Assembly: GCA_965235115.1 (NCBI GenBank)
Contig: OZ249436.1
Location: 52,826,001-52,890,000, forward strand
Direction: 5' to 3'
DNA length: 64,000 nucleotides
From: Laetmonice hystrix
Lineage: Eukaryota
In this document: positions 53,591 through 64,000 of the stretch, piece by piece
Position numbering within the stretch: the first letter of the stretch is position 1
Layout: every line of letters starts with the position of its first letter
Position numbers and translations under genes: made by a program
Notes under the pieces: generated by a model
Database searches by the model: none
Seen by the model: only the letters and a program-made list of their open reading frames with translations
What the model was told of the DNA's origin: nothing

Positions 53591-53791
53591 AAGGCCGTGT
53601 ATGCGGTGCCCACAATAATTTTTCATCCCCCACCCTCCGCTGGTTCAACTCGAGTAGAGGACATAGAGGGTAGACCAGGTAGTAACGGATTTGGCGACAG
53701 AGATGAGATACACCTAGAACCAAATATTATTGATCGAACCCATGAGGGATATAGAGAGGCTCTAAATGACCAGGTATTTTTTAGTGGTTAG
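53591..53791 (+). CDS. candidate final exon of the long FYVE-ARM isoform
   Basis: T-rich acceptor TTTGTTTTTGATTCACATAG. The phase-0 open frame KAVYAVPTIIFHPPP...YREALNDQVFFSG* is compatible with the 53238 donor. Confidence 0.45.
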   Translation, partial: KAVYAVPTIIFHPPPSAGSTRVEDIEGRPGSNGFGDRDEIHLEPNIIDRTHEGYREALNDQVFFSG

Positions 53792-55603
53792 TTTGCTTTA
53801 ATAATCTACTGTAATGTTTTATAATGGCTTATTATATCCGTTTATGTAACAGTGTACCAACGTAGATATTGCATCCATTGGTCACACTCTCGTGCTTCAT
53901 CTATTATCAATCCATTATGAGGACATAAAGCACTCCACTTCCCCTCCGACATGCAACTTACACTGAACAGATACATGTAGAAGAAAAACAACATACAAAA
54001 TCACATCAAGTTTCTTTATTGTTTTTATTGAAGGCCTTTTTAATATTAAATATAAATGAGACTCTGGATATAGCTACATGAATTGAGTGATTATTAGATC
54101 ATTATTATGACTAACATATTGAACGATTCATACATCATAAATTCTCCATGTTGACAACAACTTTGTCGGACAAGTCATTAGCTCATATTTAAAGTTAACG
54201 ACAACTAACTCCTTAAGTAATCTATATGTATTCTCTCACAGAACTGGTCTATGTGACACGACCATTATCACGGTATAATAACCTCACCGGATTGCTTGGG
54301 ACATAGAGTTTGTATTATTGGGGGAGGGAGTCTGGCGACGGTGTGCCCAAAGTCCTTAGAATCCCACACCTTGTGATACAGATTTCAAACGTCTCACAGT
54401 TTGGCGAGATCACGACGTACATTTGAGTATTATTCGCAATCTGTTCAATAAAATTGAGATGCAATTAATGTCGACTAGTATAATCGGCAAGCGACCCTCC
54501 CCCCCCCCCTCCCCCGCCCGAGTACAACCCCGTGATCCCCATATCCACAATATCACGTGACTTTACCCGTCCGTATCGACGGCCCCGGGACATGTATATT
54601 GTAATACTCGCAGAGAACCTCGGATTGACATAATTTGTTCCTCCAGAGCTGGTATTGTTCTCATCACCTTGACATCATGTATTCTCACTATACAGGCATC
54701 AAGGAAGGGTTGTTTTGGGTAACAAAACCTGGACATTCCATGGCCCATTTTGAATCCCAAATGTTGTATCCAAGCCAATAGACAGTTCCCTCAAAAGATG
54801 CGCTCTGAAATTTTCTGAGCTTTTCCCGTAGAACCGTAGAGGCAATCTAAATCTTTCGAATCTTGCTCCACTTATTCCTGAGTTTTTCTCGACATTTTCA
54901 CTATTTTTCTGAAACATACATGTTCTTTTCCCTACTTTACTTGTGAAAACAGAACAAGGACCGTGCCTAGGCGTCTGTCTCTTCCTTAGTGTGGGGGCAG
55001 GTTGGAAATATCTGAGCCCTAGTTGTCCCCTTGTAATGATATAGGGTAATCATTAACTTTCAAAAAGTGGCTCATTGGCACGGTTAACTTCCTACACGAA
55101 ATGAGAGAACCACTTCCATAAATAGCAGCTGCGGGAAATGTTTGTTCCCGGGATATGACTAAAACAAAAAGTAGGCCTACATTTCCAAAAGAAATACGTA
55201 CAGACTGTCTTCACAAAATACTGTCTTTTTGTCTCCACTTTCGGATTGCTATGAAGCACCTTGACAGACTAGGGTTGATAGCGAAGCGGCTATAGCGTTG
55301 ATATTGTTAGGATTGCACTGACTAGAACACTAGTGGCTAGCACCTACACCCCAACTCTCTCTCTCTCTCAGCCGCTCTGGCTCCACAGTGGAGAAATGAG
55401 GCGACATTTGTTTCTGCAGGATAGACAAGTCCATATGTACACAATTTCCGCCATCTATACCACATAATTTAGAAAGGGGCTTGTCTGTCCTTCAGAAAAA
55501 AGAACCAAAAATGTCGTAACGATACCGCTCACCATAGAGCGTTTGCTAACATTCAAAGGGCGCACTTTCATTGAATTCTGTGTTGGCCACTTAGCGGCGG
55601 TGG

Positions 55604-55708
55604 TTGGATCTCTCCCTTGACACAACTTATTGGATCTCTCCCTTGACACAACCTATTGGATCTCTCCCTTGACACAACCTATTGGATCTCTCCCTTGACA
55701 CAACCTAT
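55604..55708. repeat. 26-bp tandem repeat, 4 copies
   Basis: TTGGATCTCTCCCTTGACACAAC(C/T)TA. Confidence 0.93.
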
Positions 55709-55864
55709 ATCTAACAAGGGCGTGGATCTTATACAGAGACTGTTCAACGTGTCTAAAGGGGTGGATACCAGGAACAGGTAATACTCTGCCACAATAGGCC
55801 TATTTACTTCACGGATTGCGTAAAAATCGGCGTTTTCACATTGAAATAACATTCCACACGCTTA

Positions 55865-56078
55865 CCACTGCACGGCGCTGCGATACAAGTGAGCGCACGC
55901 CCACGGTCCACCACTGCACGGCGCTGCGATACAAGTGAGCGCACGCCCACGGTCCACCACTGCACGGCGCTGCGATACAAGTGAGCGCACGCCCACGGTC
56001 CACCACTGCACGGCGCTGCGATACAAGTGAGCGCACGCCCACGGTGCACCACGGCACGGCGCTGCGATACAAGTGAGC
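55865..56078. repeat. 46-bp GC-rich tandem repeat, ~4.7 copies
   Basis: CCACTGCACGGCGCTGCGATACAAGTGAGCGCACGCCCACGGTCCA at 55865, 55911, 55957, 56003 and 56049. Confidence 0.95.
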
Positions 56079-58645
56079 CCGCCATGTGTTTGTCCGCCCT
56101 GCCCGGAAACCACCACCGCAATAGTACACATGCAAAACTCAAGATGGCGCTATTGCAATGCCAATCATTCATACTCTGTCCTGAAGCAGTAAAGTATATC
56201 CTTATTGTGACATGTTCTCCATCAAACGGCAATGTGTAAATACACAGACTTTTAATAGACCCATGAACACATTTATCTGTCGCCATACATATTGGGTGTC
56301 CCAGAATAATGGCCGTATACTTGGGAGGTCAATATTAGGTGAATGCAAAATGTGGGCACACTGTGTATATATAGGCCTACCTGCCTACAGAATATACATA
56401 CGACATGTAGACCCTATGTGTATCATCGTGTACTGTACATGTTCATTAACCGTTTGCTTCTCAAGGTTACTGAGTCTGAAGTCTTAGGAATACAAGTTCA
56501 TAATGTATATTTTAATACTGCGTGGCGAGCACATGTAGGCCTATCATGGGACGACCAAGTGAGTTTTCGACATCACCTCATGACTCGGGTTGGGTGGATG
56601 TCCTACCGTGTTACCTAGTATGCATACAGTCATCCACCTTTTCATCTTGTGGATGTCTCGGAATCTGTGATTTCAGAAGGAATGCTGTAGGCCTACGCGT
56701 TTTGTACCAGTGGAACTACCAACTAGGCCAGACTATATCGAGGATGACCATAGAAATAAGTCTTACGTTTTCAGAAATTTTTAACATTCATTTTTTGGAT
56801 AGTTTTGTAGGGTATGGGAGGAGGGAAGTGGGCTGGCTGATTGCAATCTATACGGAAATGACGGCCTGAACTCAGTCTGGGTTTACGATGAACCTCCAAC
56901 TGATGGCTACAAGCGTCGCCAGGTTTTGTGTCGCCCATCGAAGGCCTCCCCCCCACAGCAAGTTCTACCTTGAAACCAATGTCCAACTCTGCGATACTGT
57001 CATAGAGGAACACAGCCTGTTGGTATCTCACAACTTGCTTTCAAAATTACAAATCTGTGGAAGAAAACCGTCAGGGACTTACAACTTCTACTGTTTCCCT
57101 TGGGATAAGGCCTGCTCTTTGGGTCGAATTGCTCGCAATGGGTCGCTCATTTACCATGGCCCTTCCAGCCGACTGAATATTGTTCTTGTAAAATCCCCCT
57201 CCCCCCCCCCCCCGTTACTCCCACATGACCACCACAAACTAGTTTTAATTTGTGTGTATGCAAAAAATGGACTTAAAATGCAAAACTGGTGAAATCCGAC
57301 GCGAGGTTGGTTTAAACTTAACTTAATAATATCCTAGCCTCATCCTACCACTTGGATCTAATAATCTCTCCCCTATCCAGGTTTAATATCCAACAATAAC
57401 CACTAATCTGGACCAGCATCCATTAAATAGGTCACCCAGCAACCGCCAGCACGGTAAGTTATAGCTAATTCTGGTTACATAATTAGGACGTGACAGGAAA
57501 TGACAAGTCCTAAACACAGTTTGATTAACTGCTGGTTCCCCCATGTTTAAATTAGGCGATTAGTTGGTCAACTATGTGACAGACATGGCCACTTTCAGTA
57601 ATCTATGGGAATGGGCTCGGATCACCGCTCGTACATGGATTCAAAAATAATAATAAACTACACCGACTCGTGGGTCTGAAAAAAGAAGCCCTAAAACGTA
57701 CAGGTGACTGACGGTTTTGACTTAGCTCTACCTTAACGACTGACGAGGTCTATCCAGGATTGAATTTCGATGATTGTTGGCCCTGTTCTAGGTGAGACTG
57801 TACATGAATCTAGATCGTTTGGTGACTGATCGTCCTCCGGGACCCATAACGTATCACATGATGACGATGACGGTTATAACGGTTATAATCTGGACCCCAC
57901 ACGAGGGCTCTGCTCAATTTTGTCCATATTCTCACTAGACACTAGGGCACTCCTACTACCCTACCTGAAATAATTATTATACACTCCATGGATTTCATTC
58001 CTTGGAGATTTCCTGCGGTAGCTTGGTACCGCTTGACAGAGTAAGTTGACCCAATTTCGCTCATTGAGGATGCCATTTCAATTTAAAATCCATCCTAACC
58101 TCTTCAAGTTATCACACAGAAACCAAAGCTGAATGAGGGGCCGGCTACGAAATATTTTTCTCCACGTGAGCTCGGGACAAAAACGGAGGTCATTTGCATA
58201 TGCCCGACCTTTAACTAGCACTATCCCTATCCTTAACTAACCTAAAATCTCTCCCCCCCCCCCCCAAAAAAAAAATAAATAAATAAAAGAGTTTTAAGTT
58301 TTGTAATATAACTATGCCCAACTTTAACCCATTTTAAAAAATTTGGGGGGGGGGGGAAACAACAAACAGCGGCTCGACAGCTGGCTGTTTGAGCTCCGCT
58401 TTGATCCCGAGCTAATGTCGGAAAAAAATTTAGCGGACCGGCTGACTTACTTTTACGTCATACTGAAGGCAAAATGATCGCAAAACTTAACTGAGTATTG
58501 AGTACACAATAGACATCTGTTCCGATGGCTTCCAATCCAGCAGAACTAATAAAACTGATCATGACACCACATATTAAAACATTTAGGATATATACATACA
58601 CCTCTATATATATTATAATATACAGACATCTTTTCCATCATGGTG

Positions 58646-60253
58646 TTACCTCAACCGAACCTTCCGACTGTTTTTATCACTTTTGTTGTTGTTAAGCAGC
58701 ATATTCCTATGATGAGCATCCACCTCCTCCTTGAAGGCTAACATCCCAAGTTGTGAGTGCGAGGCCTCGTTGAGGGCCTTGGAGCGAATACAGCCCCTAT
58801 ACTGCTCCCACGGCAGGTTAGGGTTGCAATGTTTACTGTGCCACAGATGGAAGATGCCAGGGTCAGTGGCTCTCACAACCATTAGATCACTCTTCACGTA
58901 CTTACGGTACAATAACACATCCTCCATACCCCAGCCCACGATCTGCTCGTCGAATCCCTTGATGTTGAGGAAGTCCGACCGGTACTGGCAGGTCATGCCG
59001 AAACCGAAGTCTCTCCAAAAACCGGTATCCTTGGAAATGATGAGCTGATCTTCCTCCTGTGGTACGTCCAGGTTGTGCAGTGAGTAGACCACTGTCGGGT
59101 TGTACAGACTGAACACCATTGGGTAGTAGACTTTCTTACCGCGCTCGGCGTTCCGGCGACAACGTTCTAGGAAGTCGTTGTTAAACACTATATCCACATC
59201 ACAGAGGAAGAGAAGGACGTCGCCCTGCATCCAGCTCTGGGCCCCCACCTGCAGGCCTCGGCCCCGGGAGAACCCTTCGTTTAACGTCACAAGTTTCATA
59301 TTTTTAAAGTGGAATTTCTTGGACACTTTGCCAAGAATGTTTTTCACCTCGTTCAAACCCTCTGTGCCGAAATAAACCACAGTGAGGAACACTCGTTTGT
59401 CGGCGTGGATACAGACCCGTACGAACCGATCCATGAACCCTTGGAATTTGTCTGTTCTCCCAGCCAGAGGCAAAATAATATTTATGATTTCTTTCTTGGT
59501 GCCAGCAACTTCACTACTGAGGAGATAGAGAGGACCGAAGGGCCTGCTGATGATAACCTTTTGGTAAGATCTCTCATCTGACACCTGTAAATTCTTAAAG
59601 TAGAGCTCATAGTGTGTGCCCATACTGGGCTCTGTCCTGTACAGACCCTCCTGGAAGTCCTCAGACGAGTACAAGCTATCAGAGTCCTTGCGTCCAAGGT
59701 TGAGTTTCTCTACAGCATACTGGACTACTTCATGAAGGTCCTTCTTCTTGAAGCCAATGGGTTTCTCCACCACGCGCTTGCCCATTCCAGGGTCAACTAG
59801 ATAGATCCGATTCAGTGTGAACCGGCAAAATGGAATGACTTCGTATTCATTGTGCAACGGCACACCGTGTGAGATTTCCGAATCTTTCAACTTCTCTGAG
59901 AAAAAGTCGTCATAGAAAAGAACGCGCACTTTGAAATTATTTTCTATGTCGTCTGCTTTTACATTATCCACGTGTTTGCTTTGATTGACCAGCTGTCTGG
60001 CGGTGTGCAGCTGTGCTTCCAGCTGCGCAATCTGCAGCTGGAGCAGATCGACTTGAGCCTGGTGCTGGTCGTGCTGGGCCCTGAGGATCTCGTCGTAATA
60101 CTCCTTGCCTGGGACGGTGAGCGACAGCAGCGGGCTTGTTCCCTCGCCCGCCAACAGGTGGCGGTCGATGTTGATGCCACACTTGGCGATGAACATGAGC
60201 GTCATGGCGGACAGGACGAAGAGAAGCAGCAGCACGCGAGGCATCGTGCGCAT
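58646..60253 (-). CDS. CSGALNACT: chondroitin sulfate N-acetylgalactosaminyltransferase (CHGN family), single coding exon, 535 aa
   Basis: Type II membrane topology: N-terminal transmembrane segment VLLLLFVLSAMTLMFIA, coiled-coil stem, then NEYEVIPF, EGLYRT..GTHYELYF, RPFGPL, FSRGRGL, FLCDVD (DxD motif), KVYYPMVFSLYNP, GFWRDFGFGMTCQYRSDF, GWGMED, FHLWH, SKALNEASH. A probable 5'UTR intron acceptor lies at 60325-60326. Confidence 0.96.
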   Translation of the reverse strand: MRTMPRVLLLLFVLSAMTLMFIAKCGINIDRHLLAGEGTSPLLSLTVPGKEYYDEILRAQHDQHQAQVDLLQLQIAQLEAQLHTARQLVNQSKHVDNVKADDIENNFKVRVLFYDDFFSEKLKDSEISHGVPLHNEYEVIPFCRFTLNRIYLVDPGMGKRVVEKPIGFKKKDLHEVVQYAVEKLNLGRKDSDSLYSSEDFQEGLYRTEPSMGTHYELYFKNLQVSDERSYQKVIISRPFGPLYLLSSEVAGTKKEIINIILPLAGRTDKFQGFMDRFVRVCIHADKRVFLTVVYFGTEGLNEVKNILGKVSKKFHFKNMKLVTLNEGFSRGRGLQVGAQSWMQGDVLLFLCDVDIVFNNDFLERCRRNAERGKKVYYPMVFSLYNPTVVYSLHNLDVPQEEDQLIISKDTGFWRDFGFGMTCQYRSDFLNIKGFDEQIVGWGMEDVLLYRKYVKSDLMVVRATDPGIFHLWHSKHCNPNLPWEQYRGCIRSKALNEASHSQLGMLAFKEEVDAHHRNMLLNNNKSDKNSRKVRLR

Positions 60254-61183
60254 CGTGAAGGCCTTTCACCATGGCAATTCGACCCGTAACATCATTAATG
60301 GTTGAGGCTTCCTGTCACGCCTTTCTGGAAAGAAAATAAAAAATCATACGTATGGTTCCATGTTGAAATCCTGAACAATGTTATCTTGCCGACAAATAAA
60401 GAATATAACACATGGTACGCGTGGAAGTACGGACCCTTTTTTTAATTTAATTTTTGATTTACTGTCAACAAGTTGCTACATTCGAATTCATTTATAATAC
60501 AAGTGTAGCTCAGAGCACAAACGGCTTCGCAAAATAATCTTAACACCTTATACATTAGGTATGTCGTATCACGTTTTTATCTCCTTGTTGGAATCACTGA
60601 GAGATATGGCACTAATATTACAACCAATACTTGATACATGTACACATTTTGTTAGTAATAGAACAGATGTTTGACTCTGGACATTTCCAGGTTTATTCCA
60701 TGAGTTGTCTTGAATTTTTCTTTCCTTTCCAGACCTATATTTCATCAATACAAGATCGCATAACCTTTGCGGATTCCCACACACGTATACAAACCCTGAC
60801 TTTAAACTTTTAACGACACCTTCCTGATCTGGGGTGAATACAGCCCCTATGTTTAAAAAAAACCCCAGCTGTCCAACTATCACACCTAGCACCATCACAT
60901 CGTTAGGTGTGGTCTAATTACGAAGTAACTGACAATGTGATCTTCATCAAAGACATACAGTATATACCGCAATATACAAATGTACACCCCATTTTCATCA
61001 AGTCCCAATTAGCGTAGGTAGATATCTCGTTGGCCAGGTAGATTGATCGTGGCTCGAGACAGGCCAGTAAGCCCTACTACTACCCAGGCCTCAGTAATTG
61101 ACAGTTCCCGAATGACTACTCCGTACGCCATACGTTCTAAGTGTAAGACGTGGGCAGATCGCCAATCCCCGACAATAGTGGTG

Positions 61184-61566
61184 AGCCGGCGGCTGGCCAG
61201 GGCTGGTGCCGGTGGCTGGGGCCGCGGCTGGCCAGGGCTGGTGCCGGTGGCTGGTGCCGGTGACTGGTGCCGGTGGCTGGGGCTGGGGCCGGCGGCTGGC
61301 CAGGGCTGGGGCCGGCGGCTGGCCAGGGCTGGGGCCGGTGGCTGGGGCCGCGGCTGGCCAGGGCTGGTGCCGGTGGCTGGTGCCGGCGGCTGGCCAGGGC
61401 CGGTGCCGGTGGCTGGTGGCAGCGGCTAGCCAGGGCTGGTGCCGTTGGCTGGTGGCAGCGGCTGGCCACGGCTGGTGCCGGTGGCTGGTGGCAGCGGCTG
61501 GCCAGGGCTGGGGCCAGGGCTGGTGCCGGTGGCTGGTGCCGGTGGCTGGTGCCAGCGGTTGGCCGG
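61184..61566. repeat. GC-rich degenerate minisatellite (GGCTGGTGCCGGT / GGCTGGCCAG units)
   Basis: Shuffled 10-13-bp units. The array explains the overlapping Gly/Ala/Trp-rich ORFs. Confidence 0.9.
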
Positions 61567-64000
61567 TCTACAGTCCAGAATCAGCCCGCTGTAACTAGAT
61601 GTGTCCCAGGACGTGCAGCATCATGTTACGGCTCCCTGAAGGGACTAGGGTCTTTGAAAGACGGATCTCGCAAACAGTCGATGTGCCACCAGCCGAGCCG
61701 CTAACGACCTGCCAGCCATCAGCTCACAGATTACCCACTCGTCTAAAGGCTCTACAACTCGGCTAAATGTAGTCTACTCGCCTGCAGCCATTCCAGGAAA
61801 TGTCTCCTCTGAGAAATTCCAAGCAAATGACTTCCTTGCCTAGGATTAGGAGGACTCTTTGACGGCCTGGCTACCGACGACTGGAAGTCGAGCGGAAAAC
61901 TCTGGCATTGGCGAGCATCCATCGGGCGATGATCCCGAGACGAATAGAGAACTCGGTCCAACCACGGCTAAATCTAACTAAAGAACGACTCGTGTACGCC
62001 TATTGTCTGTGGTGTAGAGACCTTAACTACCGGCACAGGGAAGCTAATGGCGGTGGCAGGAATGAAGCTGACCTTTGGGTATGCTCTAACGGTATTTTTA
62101 AAACCTTGCAAGGATTATGGCCGTATCACATTTTGTCTCTCCGTCTCCGTCTCCAAAATAAACCCATGAATGGTATTCAAACAAACATTGGCGACACCAC
62201 CCTCATCAACTCTCTCACACCATGATCTCAAAGGTCGACCCTTCCATCAATAATTCTGTTATTGGATTAATCTGAAAATAAAACCTTCACATTATAGATC
62301 AAGAAGACGATCCTGTCTCTGGAACAGAGTTTACAAACTTTAATCCTCGAGAGGCGTTTTAAGCTTGGGAATTTTGTACAAAGAAACTCAATGCTTAGAG
62401 ACATACTTCCAAGCTAGGACTGAACCTGCTGTTGCCAATGAGCCTGCCTTAATTAATACAAGATATAGAATGAGTAAAGTACTTTGACCTTCATCCGGTG
62501 GACATAAAGAAGCAATACGAAATATTTTTAGTGTACACTTTCATTTAGAAAGATGTTGTCAAAATCTCTCCCACTACACGGATTATATTTCTCACTTGGA
62601 TGACAACATGATTCATTACTTTAGGATGTTGACGAATGTCAGCCCATCTATTGATGTTGTACGGAGGTTTCCCTACCCTGTCTCTGTAGGTGTGTGCCCG
62701 GCCTGCTCCTTTTGTCTCCGAGGTCTTCTTCCTCCTCTCCTCCATTATTTAAGTAAATCTGCGCTCCGCCCGGAGGACCAACGATAAACAATGCACTAAT
62801 CAACCCCATTAGAGGTTGTCAGGCATCCCAACCCCTCCCACCAGTGTCCCAGGAGACAAACCTTATATTTCCCTTCATTTTCAATTAACATTTCATTAAT
62901 TACTGTAGTATTAATGCATGCCCCCGCTCCGCTATCTGGCCATTCGGCAGCCAGTAATTACCGACACACATAATGACCTGCTGAAGTCTCTGATCTTAAG
63001 GTCTCGGCGCACTAATTGCCACGTACATACAGATGTGTTTGTAAACTGACTGAAATATGACTGACAATAACCATCAATCTCTCATGCAAAGTTAGGGGAA
63101 CTATCCAGGATATCTGAGAAGCACCATGCAGACATATTTTTGTAAAAGAAGGCTGTGTATTTTTTTTAAATACGCGTGTTCCTTCATTTAAATTCAAGGC
63201 TGCCGAGAGTCAGCTAGGCCACAGGATGGGGCTATCTGCCTTTCTTACCTCTGAAACAGTTGCTTTAATGTCATTCTACTGAAAGCGCTTACTGCGATTT
63301 GAATTGTTATATTCCAGCGAATAAGGATGCACATGTTAGTTATTATCTATAAGTTACCCACACAACAGAGGAAATCGAGTTTACAATTCTAACAGGGCCT
63401 GTGTTTGTACTGCAACGATCATCAGCTTTTGACAACCAACTTCAAACAACTTTTTTTTTACACATTATGACAAGTACCCAGTCCCGCGATATTTGTTTTT
63501 ATTGAAATGTGTACATGTAATCAAGGATTGTACAATAATTACTGTTCAATCCTTGATTTAATAGAAGAACACACTTCAAGATCCAAACTTGTCAATTGCA
63601 CGGCCATATTAAATCGAAACACCAACATTTTAAGAGAATCTCATCAATACTGCGCACAGATCATGAAGCGATAGAGTTGTCTGATTTCCACCAAGATCTT
63701 GAACAGATACCACCTGAGGCCTTAGACATTGATAAAACTAGAATCCATACTGAACACTGCCGAATAATAACACTACAAGAGGCGACAAAAAGCCGTCCGT
63801 CATAGAATTGTAATAATTTTCTCCACACATGATTATTCCTGATATTGATTCAAGAGGCGAAGGAACTAAAAAAACTTTCTCAAGATGACAGCCATCAGTT
63901 AAGTTCTAAAGGTTTTAGAACGAGCAAACAAAACAGAAAAGAGTCACGCAGGATCTCACGGAGGAGCAAAATACCTTGGCCACTTCTACTTATCCGCGGA

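Noticed and set aside
54563..54917. Two overlapping minus-strand ORFs ending near a donor-like site
   Set aside because: They are interrupted by stops and show no homology I can recognise.
58731..60305. + strand ORFs overlapping CSGALNACT
   Set aside because: These are antisense shadows of the real coding sequence.
61043..61704. Gly/Ala-rich structural-protein-like ORFs
   Set aside because: The GC-rich repeat is open in all three forward frames, with non-triplet unit shuffling and no signal peptide.

Overview
Eukaryotic, repeat-rich DNA with GT-AG introns, probably from an invertebrate animal; the species cannot be determined from the window. Protein-coding content: (1) a 13-exon + strand gene for a ~443-aa FYVE plus armadillo-like repeat protein (44591-52072), with an apparent duplicated alternative 3' exon set at 53130-53791; (2) an intronless minus-strand chondroitin sulfate GalNAc-transferase (CSGALNACT, 58646-60253); (3) the last two exons of a DCXR-type short-chain reductase (36992-37505), whose 5' exons I could not find; (4) an intronless 292-aa orphan ORF (39882-40760) that reads as a catalytically dead OTU domain, a Ser/Asp tract, an NLS and twin CxxCPxHC motifs. 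This ORF is the most unusual item. The rest is a decayed Harbinger transposase, a DD41D mariner-like transposase fragment, many MITEs (one nested), a SINE tail, a ~3.9-kb 63/64-bp satellite with a 1780-bp higher-order repeat, and numerous mini- and microsatellites, several sitting on splice junctions. Most ORFs in the supplied track are repeat or chance artefacts. All family assignments come from motif recognition by eye; no searches were run.
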